Origin: an uncultured bacterium
Lineage (GTDB): Bacteria; CSSED10-310; CAZUFC01
Direction: 5' to 3'
Length of the DNA stretch: 64,000 nucleotides
Assembly (NCBI GenBank): GCA_964619725.1
Contig: CAZUFC010000002.1
Coordinates: 85,773 to 149,772 of the forward strand
Position numbers and translations under genes: made by a program. Positions 1 through 10,775 of the stretch are shown one piece after another (position 1 is the stretch's first letter; each line of letters starts with the position of its first letter). Below the pieces are notes generated by a model. It was not told the origin of the DNA and searched no databases. It was given only the letters and a program-made list of their open reading frames with translations.

Positions 1-994
1 AATCTTTACCCATCTGCTGGAGCAGTTTCTCGGCCCCGCTTTCGAGCCCTACGTTGATCATCCAGCATCCAGCGGACTTCATCTCACGTAAAATTTCATC
101 TGTGAGCAGATCGGCTCTTAAATCGATGGTCCAGGTAAGTTTAGGCTTATATTGGGATTTCCTGAAATAATCGCATACAGCTTGCATTTTTTTTTGATCA
201 ATGACGAAAAGATCGTCATAGAAAATAATGTGTTTCACGCCATATTTTCTTTTCATGTCGTCAATTTGCCGGATGATATATTCAGCGGAGAATGTTCTGT
301 AATCATGTCCGAAAACCGAATGGTCGCAGAATTTGCATTGATATGGACAACCTCTGGACGTGACGAAGGGCAGGACGGGAAATCGGGCATAGGCGAACAT
401 AGGCGGCATAAAGGCTTTCTTGTTTTCCAGGAGATCGAAATTCAAAAAAGGCAGTGAGTCGAGTAGCTGAATCCTGGTACGCTTCGGAGTGCGATAGATG
501 CTGTGAGAGTTTCGATAAGCCAGACCTTTTATTTCAGCAGGATCGCTATCATTTTCTATCGCCCGGATTAATTCAAGGAAGGTTTCTTCGCCCTCTCCTA
601 TCACGCCATAATCAAAACCTTCATACCTGCTCAGCGTCTGTTCAGGCACGGCGGAAATATGAGGCCCCCCGGCGACTATAATGACGCCTTTCTGTTTTTG
701 CTTCAGCGTATCCGCGATCTTTCCGGCATTTTCAACGGAGCAGGTGTAACCGGAAATGCCCACGATGTCCGGTCTATACGCTAAAATTTTTTTGATAATA
801 ACTGGCCTGGTCGATTCCTGGAATCCTCCTTCAAAAACCTTTACATCATATCCTTCACTGCTGATTTTACCGGCGAGAGCCAGGATGCCTAGTGCAGGCA
901 TGCTGTTAAATAAAGGGGCCAGGGCATCCGCTGTTTCGTTCCAGGGTCTGTATGGAGGATTCACCAGGGCGATTTTAAAGTTGTCTTTTTTCAT
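1..994 (-). CDS. B12-binding-domain radical SAM protein (3' end runs off the window)
   Basis: Not in the ORF track. Hand translation from ATG at 994 gives MKKDNFKIALVNPPY...MPALGILALAG (cobalamin-binding-domain-type N-terminus) and VTSRGCPYQCKFCDH (CxxxCxxC) at ~325-364. Confidence 0.85.
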   Translation of the reverse strand, partial: MKKDNFKIALVNPPYRPWNETADALAPLFNSMPALGILALAGKISSEGYDVKVFEGGFQESTRPVIIKKILAYRPDIVGISGYTCSVENAGKIADTLKQKQKGVIIVAGGPHISAVPEQTLSRYEGFDYGVIGEGEETFLELIRAIENDSDPAEIKGLAYRNSHSIYRTPKRTRIQLLDSLPFLNFDLLENKKAFMPPMFAYARFPVLPFVTSRGCPYQCKFCDHSVFGHDYRTFSAEYIIRQIDDMKRKYGVKHIIFYDDLFVIDQKKMQAVCDYFRKSQYKPKLTWTIDLRADLLTDEILREMKSAGCWMINVGLESGAEKLLQQMGKD

Positions 995-1326
995 TGCTTC
1001 CTTTTCGGCTGAAGGTCTTCCTTTCTCCTCGAAAAATACACATCTCCTTTTCCTTGAACTTAACCTTTACTCACTTTTTTGACTTTTGACTTTGTTTCGT
1101 TCTTTCCAACACACTTCAACCTGAGCTTGTCAACGAATTCTTATATGAAATAACGTCAAAAATACAGAAAGTCCAATTTCAAAACTAAATTGATCACTGG
1201 TAACGACCCCTCATTCGAACGAATAAGGAATAGAGCTTTCTATTGTGAAACCTTCTCTACTCCCCCGTTATCCCTGGTTCCTGTCCGCCCCGGCATGCCG
1301 GGTGAAAAATGAGTTTTGGACAGGAG

Positions 1327-1545
1327 CTAACCCTTGCACGAAGCGCAGGAACTTGCTGTACAGGAGGCGCAAGAACCGGACGAAGAGGACTTCAGGGTAT
1401 TTCCGCTTTTGAAACCGAATGCGGAAAACAGTTTCTTCACTTTACTGCTTCCGCATTCCGGGCATGAAACAACTCCTTCATTTTTCATGACGAGTTTTTC
1501 AAATTCAGCTTTGCAATTTTGACAGCAAAACTCGTAAATAGGCAT
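1327..1545 (-). CDS. FmdB-family zinc-ribbon protein
   Basis: MPIYEFCCQNC...CPECGS...KKLFSAF and a Ser/Cys-rich tail; GGAGG RBS upstream. Confidence 0.88.
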   Translation of the reverse strand: MPIYEFCCQNCKAEFEKLVMKNEGVVSCPECGSSKVKKLFSAFGFKSGNTLKSSSSGSCASCTASSCASCKG

Positions 1546-1595
1546 AACCGCCGTCCTCCTTGACCCGGCGTCACCTTTTTCAGACCTGAAAGCCG

Positions 1596-2240
1596 CTACT
1601 TGGGAATATTCTGAGCATCCTTCAGGAAGCGTTCAATTCCGATGGTCGTCAGAGGATGTTCGCTTAATTTCTGAATGACATTGAAAGGAATTGTAGCCAC
1701 GTCCGCTCCGTAAAGCGCCGCTTCTCTTACGTGTAAAGGATGGCGTATGCTCGCGACCAGAACCTCGGTTTCGAATGCATAATTTTCATAAACCGTCACG
1801 ATGTCTTTCACCAGGGACATTCCAACATGAGTAATATCGTCCAACCTTCCCACAAAGGGACTGACGTAGTCAGCGCCTGCCTTGCCCACCAGCAATGCCT
1901 GGCTGAGAGAGAAAACAAGCGTCACATTTGTACTGATACCTTCAGCGCTTAAAATATTGACCGCTTTAAGTCCGTCAATCGTCATGGGAATCTTGACGAC
2001 GATGTTGTCTGCAATCTTGGCGTGCTCACGAGCTTCCCGGACCATACCCTCTGTATCCAGCGCCAGAACTTCAGCGCTGACGGGACCGTCGACAATGCTG
2101 CATATTTCTTCAAGACATTCCCTCGCATTTCGGCCTGTTTTAGCTATCAGAGAAGGATTAGTCGTTACTCCGTCTAATACGCCTATTTTTTTTGCTTCTC
2201 GAATTTCTTCCGTTTTCGCGGTATCGATAAAAATTTGCAT
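1596..2240 (-). CDS. tal: Transaldolase (short TalC/FSA family)
   Basis: [21 protein letters not shown] Schiff-base Lys. Glu in SAEV and Phe in SPFVGR fit transaldolase rather than FSA specificity. Start moved to ATG 2240 (AGGAGG RBS). Confidence 0.92.
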   Translation of the reverse strand: MQIFIDTAKTEEIREAKKIGVLDGVTTNPSLIAKTGRNARECLEEICSIVDGPVSAEVLALDTEGMVREAREHAKIADNIVVKIPMTIDGLKAVNILSAEGISTNVTLVFSLSQALLVGKAGADYVSPFVGRLDDITHVGMSLVKDIVTVYENYAFETEVLVASIRHPLHVREAALYGADVATIPFNVIQKLSEHPLTTIGIERFLKDAQNIPK

Positions 2241-2314
2241 AATAACGCCTCCTGAATTCCGTGCGTCAAAAAATTCAACGCCCCCGGAAATTATAGTGAT
2301 CAGTTTTTTTATTC

Positions 2315-4657
2315 TCAAGCATAATATGCTCTTTTTGTCAATGTGTATTCCTTTTTCTCTTCATCATTTTCCGCTGCATCCGATTTCGTCCCGGCATTTG
2401 ATTTCTCAGCCTGCACGTCTTGTATTCTTCCCTTTATTATGATCTGTTTCGGATCGATCTTCAATGATTTTTTCCAGGTCATGAGCGCTTCATCAATCCG
2501 GTCCAGTCTGTAAAAGCATTCCCCCTTGCTGTTCAACAAACGGGTATTGTCCGGAAACTTTTGCAGTCCTTTTTCATATATCTCAATCGCCTTCTCATAT
2601 TCTCCGGTATCCTGAAACAGACTTCCTTTATAGAAAATGATCTCATCATTGTAGGGATACTCCTGCATCAGTCTGTCGAAGATTGCGGCGGGTTTACTGA
2701 GATTATCCTTTTCGAGGTAAATGTCTTTGAGCGCCTTGAGGGCTTGATTAGTCCACAAAAGAATATCGTCGTATTCATGCGGAACGATTTGCTGGAAACC
2801 TTCAGGGGCTTCCCTGGCTATCCTGTCGTGAAATGCGATGAATTTAAGGGACATGTCCAGAAAATGCAGATATGCCTCGACGGCCTTTTCCGTCTCTCCC
2901 AGGCTCTGATATAGCGAAGCCCGATGATATCGTCCGAATTCATTGTCATTGTATTCCAAGGCTTTTTCTATGCTTTCCAGGGCTTTTTTCAACTGCCCCA
3001 TATTCCAATATGCGATGCCGAGGTTCCTGTAAACCCTTTGATAATAAGGATTTTTACTGATAACGCTGAGATATGTTTTCACCGCCATTTCTCCGTTGTT
3101 CAGCGTATTATAATGGTATGCCAGATCGTATTCTGCAGCTATATTGGAAGCATCAAGCTTCACGGCTTTCGTCAGCTCTTCGGAAGCATAAGGTGTTTTC
3201 GCCAGAAAAGGAATGGCTCTCTGATAATGATAGCTGCTTTGAATTCGCCTTATCCCCGTCGCCGCAGCATAGATGCTGAGAGCGATAAAAACGAAAGCCA
3301 GAAGCCCCGCAATCTGTTTATGCACGGAAAGCCCTGAGCCCCGGTCTTTGCTCCTGCCTGTCTGACGCTTCCGATTTTTTCTTTTTTGCGTTGACAGATT
3401 AGAATAATCGCTCAGATAAAAAGCTCCGTACGTGAGGCCTAAAAACATCCAAAAAGAGACATAAGGACCGCTCCATCGCATATTAACGCTGACCGCATTA
3501 TGAGCGAGAAAGGCAATCAGTCCTGCGGAGAGAAACAAAGAGAGTTCTTTGTAATAAGCGGATTCGCCGGAACGAAAATATTCAATAAATCTTTTACCGA
3601 TTGCCGCCAGTACGAAAACGAAAAGAAAAAAACCTATCACTCCTTCTTCCGCCAGTAATTCAAGATATTCATTGTGAGCGTGCAGGAGATTCTCTGCGTG
3701 TCTGAATCTGCGCAGGTATTGATCGTCTCTGTATTTAGGAAACAAAATGAAAAAAGTTCCCAGCCCATGTCCTGTTACGGGTTTATCCAGAAACATCCTG
3801 GAAGCTCCTTCCCAGGTTTTTACGCGAAACATATTGGCGGACAATATTCTGGGTCCGAATTTCACTCCTGCTGTTACCGTCAGGCCGGCTATTATGATCA
3901 ACCCCGCGACTAATATTTTTTTGTTGAATCCGGCTTTTTTCAACAAGCCGCTGACGATAAACGAGAAAACTAAAAAAGCTATGCCGGTCAGGATGCCGAC
4001 GGCAGCCCCCCAGCTTTTCGTCAAAACCAGGGCTCCCAGCAACAGCAGGATATTGCCGGCATAGAATATGCGGTTTTCCGAGTTTCGTTTAAGCCATAAA
4101 AGGCCAAGGCAGGCGAAAAGATTCAGTTCAAGAAAAGCTGCATACAGGTTTGGATGCCCGAATGTTGAAAAAATTCCGGTAGTGAAGGGGCGACTCCATC
4201 CGGTAACGTCTATTTTCAGAATTTGACCAATGCCGTAAAGCGCGGTCAAAGTTGAGGAAACTATCATAAAGAGAAGAGCGGTATTGAATGATTTTTTTGT
4301 TCTGATAATGTTGATTATAACAAAGAAGAGCAGGTAACCGGAGACTCTTCTCTGCCATTCCCAGATGCCGAACAAACGATAGGGGGAAACGAGAGCTGAG
4401 ATCAATTCATAGAGAAGAATAATAATCAGCGGGATAAGGAAAGGATATTTTTTAAACCAGTTAATTTGATTTCGGTTCGCTTTAATTTCTTTCCAGAGTA
4501 GCATGGCGGCGAGAAGAAAGGCGGCGGTTTGGGCTACAACGTATTTTGGCAGAGTAACGCCCCGGATATTCGGAAGCATAACCAGGGGAAAAATCAGCAA
4601 TAAAACGTATATGATGACTCTGATATTGGCTTCCCATACTTTTTCTTGTTTGTTCAT
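2315..4657 (-). CDS. O-antigen ligase (Wzy_C/WaaL-like) membrane protein with C-terminal TPR repeats
   Basis: About 12 hydrophobic segments, [17 protein letters not shown] and HAHNEYLE motifs; TPR-like C-terminal ~300 aa ([22 protein letters not shown]). Confidence 0.85.
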   Translation of the reverse strand: MNKQEKVWEANIRVIIYVLLLIFPLVMLPNIRGVTLPKYVVAQTAAFLLAAMLLWKEIKANRNQINWFKKYPFLIPLIIILLYELISALVSPYRLFGIWEWQRRVSGYLLFFVIINIIRTKKSFNTALLFMIVSSTLTALYGIGQILKIDVTGWSRPFTTGIFSTFGHPNLYAAFLELNLFACLGLLWLKRNSENRIFYAGNILLLLGALVLTKSWGAAVGILTGIAFLVFSFIVSGLLKKAGFNKKILVAGLIIIAGLTVTAGVKFGPRILSANMFRVKTWEGASRMFLDKPVTGHGLGTFFILFPKYRDDQYLRRFRHAENLLHAHNEYLELLAEEGVIGFFLFVFVLAAIGKRFIEYFRSGESAYYKELSLFLSAGLIAFLAHNAVSVNMRWSGPYVSFWMFLGLTYGAFYLSDYSNLSTQKRKNRKRQTGRSKDRGSGLSVHKQIAGLLAFVFIALSIYAAATGIRRIQSSYHYQRAIPFLAKTPYASEELTKAVKLDASNIAAEYDLAYHYNTLNNGEMAVKTYLSVISKNPYYQRVYRNLGIAYWNMGQLKKALESIEKALEYNDNEFGRYHRASLYQSLGETEKAVEAYLHFLDMSLKFIAFHDRIAREAPEGFQQIVPHEYDDILLWTNQALKALKDIYLEKDNLSKPAAIFDRLMQEYPYNDEIIFYKGSLFQDTGEYEKAIEIYEKGLQKFPDNTRLLNSKGECFYRLDRIDEALMTWKKSLKIDPKQIIIKGRIQDVQAEKSNAGTKSDAAENDEEKKEYTLTKRAYYA

Positions 4658-7236
4658 TCTGTTTCTTCCTTTTTACCGGCATTATTCAAAAAAATTTTCA
4701 TCAGCGGCGGCAAAAAAGTTAAAGCTGAAATAAGGCAGAAGCCTATGCCGAGGAGCGCCAGGCGTCCGATAGTGGCCAAGCCTTTGAATTGCGCCAGGAT
4801 GAGTGAACCGAAACCGATCATAGTGGTCAGCGAGGTTAAAAGGACGGCAACGCCGGTTTTTTCAACGACCGTTTCAGGCGATTCTTTTTTTCCTGAGCGA
4901 TAACGATGCAGGATATGAACGCCGTCGTCTACTCCAATTCCGATGATGACGGGTACCACGATTATATTCATAAAATTGAGTTTCCAATCAGCGTATTTCA
5001 TCAGCGCCAGACTCCAGATTAAACTATAAATCAGGGGAGTCAAACAAAGCAAGGCGGTTTTTACATTTCCGAAATGAATGCGGAGAATCAGCAGAGTCAA
5101 AAGAACGGCGAGAACCACAAGCCGGTTCAAATCCTCAAGGATAATATTTTTGAACTTACTTATCAGTAGGTCCATACCCGTTAGAACGGCTTCGGATTCC
5201 CTTTCCAGCAGCTTTAAAGCTTCTCTGATCGAGTCGGACTCCCATTTTTCATGAGGTATGCGTATGTAGGTAAAAAAACGGTGGCTTCCTTCTTTTTTCA
5301 TATAATATATTTTGAGCAGGTCGCTCAATTCAGAGCCGAGAAAATCATGAATATCTATGAGTTTTTCCGGCGCCAGGAACTCCTGAACAGCCTCCAGATA
5401 GGGTTCGAATTTATCGAGGCGAAAACCTTCTGCGGACAGGGCATTTCTGATGTTCAGGACCGCAGATTGAGGTTCGATGCGTTCAGTGATCAACTGCTGC
5501 CTTTTCCTTTGAGCTTGCCGTTTTGGAATGAAAGTCGTTATTGAATCGTAATCAGTCAGTGCGGCATCCCATTTTTTTTCAATAATTTCCGCAGTTTTCC
5601 CGGCTTGCGAAAAAGCTTTTTCCGCTGTATCAGCTTCATGAATAGCAATCACTGTCGATTCGGAACCCCCGAAATGCTTTTCTATTAATTTTTGAATCTG
5701 TTCGATATCATCCTTCTGCGAACGTAATTCAGCCAGGTTGGTTTCAAAATGCAAAATAGGTTCATCATTAAAAGGAAACAGGAAAATAGCGCCTGCAACG
5801 GCAGCGATTATTCCCGTCACGCTGGTTATTACCGGATTTTTCAGAAAAAAAGCTGCGTATTTGCGGACGCAACCGGCAATGACAGGACTGACATGCGTAA
5901 TTTTGGTTTTTGCTCTTTTATCGGTTAAATACAACAATGCAGGCATGAAGGTAAACAAGGAGAGCAGCGTTAAAACGAGTCCGACGGAGACGGATATGCC
6001 CATTTGAGCCAGACCGTGGAATCTGCTTAATGAGATAACGCCGAAAACTGCCGCTGTTGTAAGCGCGCCGGTAAATACACCCGGTCCGGATTCGCTCAGC
6101 GCCGTAGCCATGGATTCATCAGTCTGTCTTCCGTATGATTTTTCTTCTCTGAAGCGATTCATGATATGGATGGCGAAATCGATGCCCAGTCCAACCAATA
6201 CGGCTGCGAAAACGCCTGTAACGAGCGTGATTTTTCCCAGGAGGAGAGCGAGCAGCCCGACAGACCATATGATGCCCGTCAATAAGGAGGCTCCGATGAT
6301 CAATAAGGACTTAACATGCCGAAAGAAGAACAGATAAAGAAGCAGCACTCCTAGGAACGAAGTAATGAAAGTCCATTGTATGTCATGACGAATAGTTTCG
6401 GCATCAGCCAGGGCGGACAAATGAACCCCAGCGAAACGGCACTGGAGCTCCCCGCCGGAATATCCTTCCTCCCTGACGCTTTCGACGGCATTATCCAGCG
6501 TGATCTTTAAATTTCTGCTGTAGTCTATATCCTGAGGAGGCTTTTTCGGCTCCATCAACATAAACAGAGCATTCCCGTCAGGGGCGAGGTAAAGCCCGGT
6601 TTCCATTGAAAATTGAAATGTCGAATCGCCGGCGGCAAGCGGCTGCAGGTAACTCATCATAGGCTCAAATACTCCCGCAGGGTCCATGGAGATCAGCTCG
6701 CCTGCCGCTGCACCTGCTTGCGATATGAGCAGCAACCGGGTTTTCTTGACTGAATCCCGGATAGCATCCCGGGTTAAATTTTTTTCATATTCCCTTAGCT
6801 GATCCTCAGTAAGATAAAGCAATCCCTTCTTTTTAAAAAAATCCAGAAAAAATTCCCTCTGCTTCTGAGATACGCCGTACCTTATCTGATGAAATAAACC
6901 GCTTTCCTCCAGTTCACCGGCGAGAGAATCGGCGAAAGCCGTCAAACGATCAACCGGCACATCGCTCGCCTTCGTCAATATGGCCGTTAAACTTTCGCTC
7001 GTACCGAAAACTTCAAGGTGCTCCCTGAAAAGACGAACCTGCCTGTCCTTTTGAGGCATCATGCTGAGGATATCCGCATCCAGTTCAAGCGTGAGGGCAG
7101 CAGTCATTATGGAAGCTAATGTGATTATGCTTGCGACGGCAATAATTTTTTTCGGATGACGACATACGAAAAAACCAAACCGGAAAAAGATGCCTTGCAT
7201 CAATCCTTTCCCATCAAGGCCTTTCCTTAAACTCAT
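4654..7236 (-). CDS. MMPL/RND-family transporter
   Basis: 860 aa, two repeats of TM + large loop + 5 TM, GLGIDFAIH and GIGVDDGVH motifs; overlaps the downstream gene by 4 nt. Confidence 0.9.
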   Translation of the reverse strand: MSLRKGLDGKGLMQGIFFRFGFFVCRHPKKIIAVASIITLASIMTAALTLELDADILSMMPQKDRQVRLFREHLEVFGTSESLTAILTKASDVPVDRLTAFADSLAGELEESGLFHQIRYGVSQKQREFFLDFFKKKGLLYLTEDQLREYEKNLTRDAIRDSVKKTRLLLISQAGAAAGELISMDPAGVFEPMMSYLQPLAAGDSTFQFSMETGLYLAPDGNALFMLMEPKKPPQDIDYSRNLKITLDNAVESVREEGYSGGELQCRFAGVHLSALADAETIRHDIQWTFITSFLGVLLLYLFFFRHVKSLLIIGASLLTGIIWSVGLLALLLGKITLVTGVFAAVLVGLGIDFAIHIMNRFREEKSYGRQTDESMATALSESGPGVFTGALTTAAVFGVISLSRFHGLAQMGISVSVGLVLTLLSLFTFMPALLYLTDKRAKTKITHVSPVIAGCVRKYAAFFLKNPVITSVTGIIAAVAGAIFLFPFNDEPILHFETNLAELRSQKDDIEQIQKLIEKHFGGSESTVIAIHEADTAEKAFSQAGKTAEIIEKKWDAALTDYDSITTFIPKRQAQRKRQQLITERIEPQSAVLNIRNALSAEGFRLDKFEPYLEAVQEFLAPEKLIDIHDFLGSELSDLLKIYYMKKEGSHRFFTYIRIPHEKWESDSIREALKLLERESEAVLTGMDLLISKFKNIILEDLNRLVVLAVLLTLLILRIHFGNVKTALLCLTPLIYSLIWSLALMKYADWKLNFMNIIVVPVIIGIGVDDGVHILHRYRSGKKESPETVVEKTGVAVLLTSLTTMIGFGSLILAQFKGLATIGRLALLGIGFCLISALTFLPPLMKIFLNNAGKKEETE

Positions 7237-7269
7237 TTTTCAAGGGCATCCTATGCGGACAGACACTGA

Positions 7270-7989
7270 TCAGTCAAACCGTTTTTTCAGCCTGAACAAG
7301 GATTTTATCATGTCTTTCCATACGTAAAGACTGATTTCATAAGTATCCGTCACGGGTTTGTAATGACTTGTTTCCGAGTTTTTCCGTTCATAGATGGTTC
7401 TGACGGGTATCTGGAGGACCTTCCTTTTACGGCGCACCATTTTCATCAGTATTTCAGTTTCCGTTTCAAATCCGGAGGTTCTTATTTTAATCTCTTTCAA
7501 AGCTTCTCTTTTGTATAATCTGTATCCTGACTGGGAATCGGCCAGATGCAAATCCAGATAAGCATTCATTATCTTCGTTCCGATCATATTAGTGATGTAG
7601 CGGTATCGCGGATATTCCACACCGTCGGTGAATCTGACTCCGATTATCATGTCCGCGTTTGAGGCGCTATAGGCGCGCAGGAACTTCGGCAGGTCATCCG
7701 GGTCGTGCTGTCCGTCCGCATCCATCGTTATAATTCCTTGCCCGCAGCGTCTCAGTAAATATTCCATACCGCTTCTCAACGCGCCGCCCTTGCCCACGTT
7801 TCTATGATGCCGGATGACCTCTGCTCCGGCTCTTTCGCTATTCAACGCGGTTTCATCACACGATCCGTCGTCCACGACAAGTATCTTATCGGTATATTTT
7901 TTAATTCTCTCTATCAGCGGGCCAATGACATTCCCGCACTCGCAGGCCGGAATCAAAATATAAAATTCATTTAACGATTTGTTTTTCAT
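7270..7989 (-). CDS. Glycosyltransferase family 2 (polyprenol-phosphate glycosyltransferase-like)
   Basis: LIPA, VVDDGS, GKGGAL, MDADGQHDP, DSQSGYRLY, FETETE motifs. Confidence 0.9.
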   Translation of the reverse strand: MKNKSLNEFYILIPACECGNVIGPLIERIKKYTDKILVVDDGSCDETALNSERAGAEVIRHHRNVGKGGALRSGMEYLLRRCGQGIITMDADGQHDPDDLPKFLRAYSASNADMIIGVRFTDGVEYPRYRYITNMIGTKIMNAYLDLHLADSQSGYRLYKREALKEIKIRTSGFETETEILMKMVRRKRKVLQIPVRTIYERKNSETSHYKPVTDTYEISLYVWKDMIKSLFRLKKRFD

Positions 7990-10639
7990 TTTTCAGGGAC
8001 CCGTTTTTGCGCGAAAACTGATAAAGCAAAGCAGGAAGAAAAACTACGGAAGTCACCATGCAGAATCCGATCCCCAGCAAAGAGATTATCCCCATGGACG
8101 ACAGTCCGCTGTAATCGGCAAAACTCAGCGATCCGAAAGACACCATCGTCGTCAAGGAAGTCATGATGATGGCTTTGCCAGTCGTTCGCAACGTCGTTTC
8201 AACGCTTCTCCTGTCTCCCTCAAAGTAGCGATGAATGATGTGGATGCCGTCATCGATTCCTATTCCGATTATCATTCCCACTACAAAAATATTGATGTAA
8301 TTCAATTCAATGCCTAATAGCCTGACGCCTCCCATCATCCAGATTATTCCAACAAAAACGGGAACCAGAGAGATGATAGCGAGTTTCAGGTTCCTGAAAT
8401 GAAGCATCAGAATAATGAAAACAGCGAGCAGCGCCCAGGTCGTAACCATCTTGAAACTCTTTCGGATTCTGTTCTTCAGTTCCAATATCAAGAGAGCCAT
8501 GCCCGTCAGTGAGTAGGAATCGTTATCGCCGTCAAGCGCCTTGTTTATAAGAACGATCATCTCCTCCGCTTCTTGTTTGATATGCATATTGCCTTTAGGA
8601 TAAATGTATACTGCAGCGGCATACCCTCCGTCGTCCGTTTCGGCAATATACCTCTGCAGAATAAGGCTCAGGGGACTGTTCAAGATTGTATTCAAAGCGA
8701 GCGTATTCTTTAATTCAAAGGAAACTTTTATTTTTTCCAGATACTCCTGGTATTGCGGCTGATAACGTATTTGATTGTCTGCTAAAGCTTCGCGGAACCA
8801 TTTGTCTATTTGACGGAAATCAAGCGTTGCGGCATACTGTTCGAGCTTCTGGAGATTACGGTTCTGCTTTTCAAGGGAGGGGAGGTAACGATTGAGGGAA
8901 TCGAGCCAGGAGATTTTTCCGTTTTGTTTAAGCGGTTCCAGTTTTTGTACGATGTCATTGATTTTCGTCAATATTTCATTTTCCGTTTCCGCATAAACGT
9001 AACAAATGATGGGCCTTAGATTACTGCCGACCATCTCTTTTATCTTGTCCTGAACCAGCAAGGCTTTATTGTGCCTGGACCTCATAGCCCGGAGATTATC
9101 GTTGAAGTTAACCCCTGGTATCAGCAATAAAGAAATCAATGTCATCAGGCAACAGATCAGGATCACGGGCCTTGTCCGTTTCGTCAGTATTCGGGATAAT
9201 TTTCCAGCGCCGAAAGGCCTCAGCGGCTTAAATTGCACATTTTTGTGAGCTGATTTTTCTCTGAGTGAAACCAGTACGGGCAGTATGACGATCATGGATG
9301 TGAGGGAAGCCAGTATACCGACGCCTGTCAGAAAACCGAATTCAGCGATACCCTTGAATTCCGTGAAGATCATAGCGAAAAAAGCGATCGCCGTCGTGAA
9401 AGCGCCTGCCGTTACGCCCTTTCCCGTATAAGCCAGAGCGGTCTCCAGCGCCTTCAATGTGCCGGCTCCGTGTGCCCGTTCGTCCAGGTATCGATTGTAA
9501 ATATGAATGGCGAAATCAATTCCCAATCCCATCACTATCGCGGAGCAGACGCTTGTAATGAGATTAAGATGCCCTATGGTCAGTTTTCCGATGCCCAGCG
9601 CCCATATGACGGCTATAATTAATGGAATTCCACCGAAAAGCACTACGCCGAGTCTTTTAAACGCGATATAAAACAATAACAGGACTCCAAGAAAAGAAGT
9701 CAGGGTGGTTCGAAAAATATCGCGCCGTATCAGCCTGGACTCCTCCAATGCAATAATGTGACTTCCCGAATATCTTATTTTAACGTCATCGACCAGTTGG
9801 TTTCCTGCATATACATCGTTGACTTCTTTTATTACACGCTGTATGCCTGCATCGAGTTTCCGGTTGAAGGACAAATCCTGAGGCGGTCCGTTCGGCTTGA
9901 GTATCATGAACAGATAATGATGATCGCTGCTCATGTAATACTCGTCAAAAATCTCCAGGTTGAAGAATCCGTGACTGTTCTCCAATCCGCTGATGAAATC
10001 CGTGATCAGCCACAAAGGATCGATCATCAATATCTCACGCATTACGATAGACGCGCCCGTTAAACATAATTTCTGATTCTTACTGGTTACCGTATTGATT
10101 CCCTCTTTAGAGAGACGCTCAACGATCATTGCAAGATCAGAAGGCTCAACGAACAACGTTAAATAATTCAAGAGAAACGACTCGATTTCCCTGCTTTTTC
10201 TCAACGTAAACCGATAATCGACGAAATCAAGCGTATCCAGGCTTTCCAATCCCTCCGCCAAAGCATTAATATACTCGCCAAGGAATTCGGTATCTATTTC
10301 CTCCCGGCCCTCCAGGAATAAAACCACATAATCCGTCAACCCGAAATTTTCAATCACGTCGAAATAACTTTCGACCGCTTCGGAATCAGAAGGCAAAAGG
10401 TCTATGATTTCAATCTGAACATCCAGGTCGAATGCTCCATACAGAGCCGGAAATGTCGTCAGAATAACCGCCGTCAAAACCCAGACAGGATAAGTGTAAG
10501 CGATATAAGCTATTTTTTTCAGCAACCAATATCTCAATTTCGCCGGAACCTCTCCATCAATAAGACCCGGCCACTCAATACAGATGCCTCTCTCTCTTCG
10601 GATTTCATCTCTCAACTGCCTCCACAGGTTCGCTCTCAC
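7967..10639 (-). CDS. MMPL/RND-family transporter (paralog of 4654..7236)
   Basis: GLGIDFAIH and GIGIDDGIH motifs, same two-repeat topology. True start may be TTG at 10537 (GGAGAGG upstream). Confidence 0.9.
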   Translation of the reverse strand: MRANLWRQLRDEIRRERGICIEWPGLIDGEVPAKLRYWLLKKIAYIAYTYPVWVLTAVILTTFPALYGAFDLDVQIEIIDLLPSDSEAVESYFDVIENFGLTDYVVLFLEGREEIDTEFLGEYINALAEGLESLDTLDFVDYRFTLRKSREIESFLLNYLTLFVEPSDLAMIVERLSKEGINTVTSKNQKLCLTGASIVMREILMIDPLWLITDFISGLENSHGFFNLEIFDEYYMSSDHHYLFMILKPNGPPQDLSFNRKLDAGIQRVIKEVNDVYAGNQLVDDVKIRYSGSHIIALEESRLIRRDIFRTTLTSFLGVLLLFYIAFKRLGVVLFGGIPLIIAVIWALGIGKLTIGHLNLITSVCSAIVMGLGIDFAIHIYNRYLDERAHGAGTLKALETALAYTGKGVTAGAFTTAIAFFAMIFTEFKGIAEFGFLTGVGILASLTSMIVILPVLVSLREKSAHKNVQFKPLRPFGAGKLSRILTKRTRPVILICCLMTLISLLLIPGVNFNDNLRAMRSRHNKALLVQDKIKEMVGSNLRPIICYVYAETENEILTKINDIVQKLEPLKQNGKISWLDSLNRYLPSLEKQNRNLQKLEQYAATLDFRQIDKWFREALADNQIRYQPQYQEYLEKIKVSFELKNTLALNTILNSPLSLILQRYIAETDDGGYAAAVYIYPKGNMHIKQEAEEMIVLINKALDGDNDSYSLTGMALLILELKNRIRKSFKMVTTWALLAVFIILMLHFRNLKLAIISLVPVFVGIIWMMGGVRLLGIELNYINIFVVGMIIGIGIDDGIHIIHRYFEGDRRSVETTLRTTGKAIIMTSLTTMVSFGSLSFADYSGLSSMGIISLLGIGFCMVTSVVFLPALLYQFSRKNGSLKNEKQIVK

Positions 10640-10654
10640 CGAAAAACCGGGAGA

Positions 10655-10683
10655 ATGCTATATCAGCTCCTGTCCTCTGTCAA
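10655..10683 (-). promoter_or_regulatory. Sigma-70-type promoter for the MMPL-GT2-MMPL-ligase operon
   Basis: Minus strand TTGACA (10683-10678), 17 bp spacer, TAGCAT (10660-10655). Confidence 0.6.
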
Positions 10684-10775
10684 ACAAGAAATCAGGCCGG
10701 CGGTTGAGTCGAATGATTCGGATTATTGAAGGTTAAATCCTGATCGAAGGGCTCTGACCCTCCGTCAACCCTTCA

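Noticed and set aside
1327-1545. Cys/Ser-rich small ORF upstream of a radical SAM gene as a RiPP precursor
   Set aside because: It matches the ordinary FmdB zinc-ribbon pattern, lies ~330 bp from the enzyme, and the enzyme is B12-type with no RRE/SPASM evidence in the visible part.
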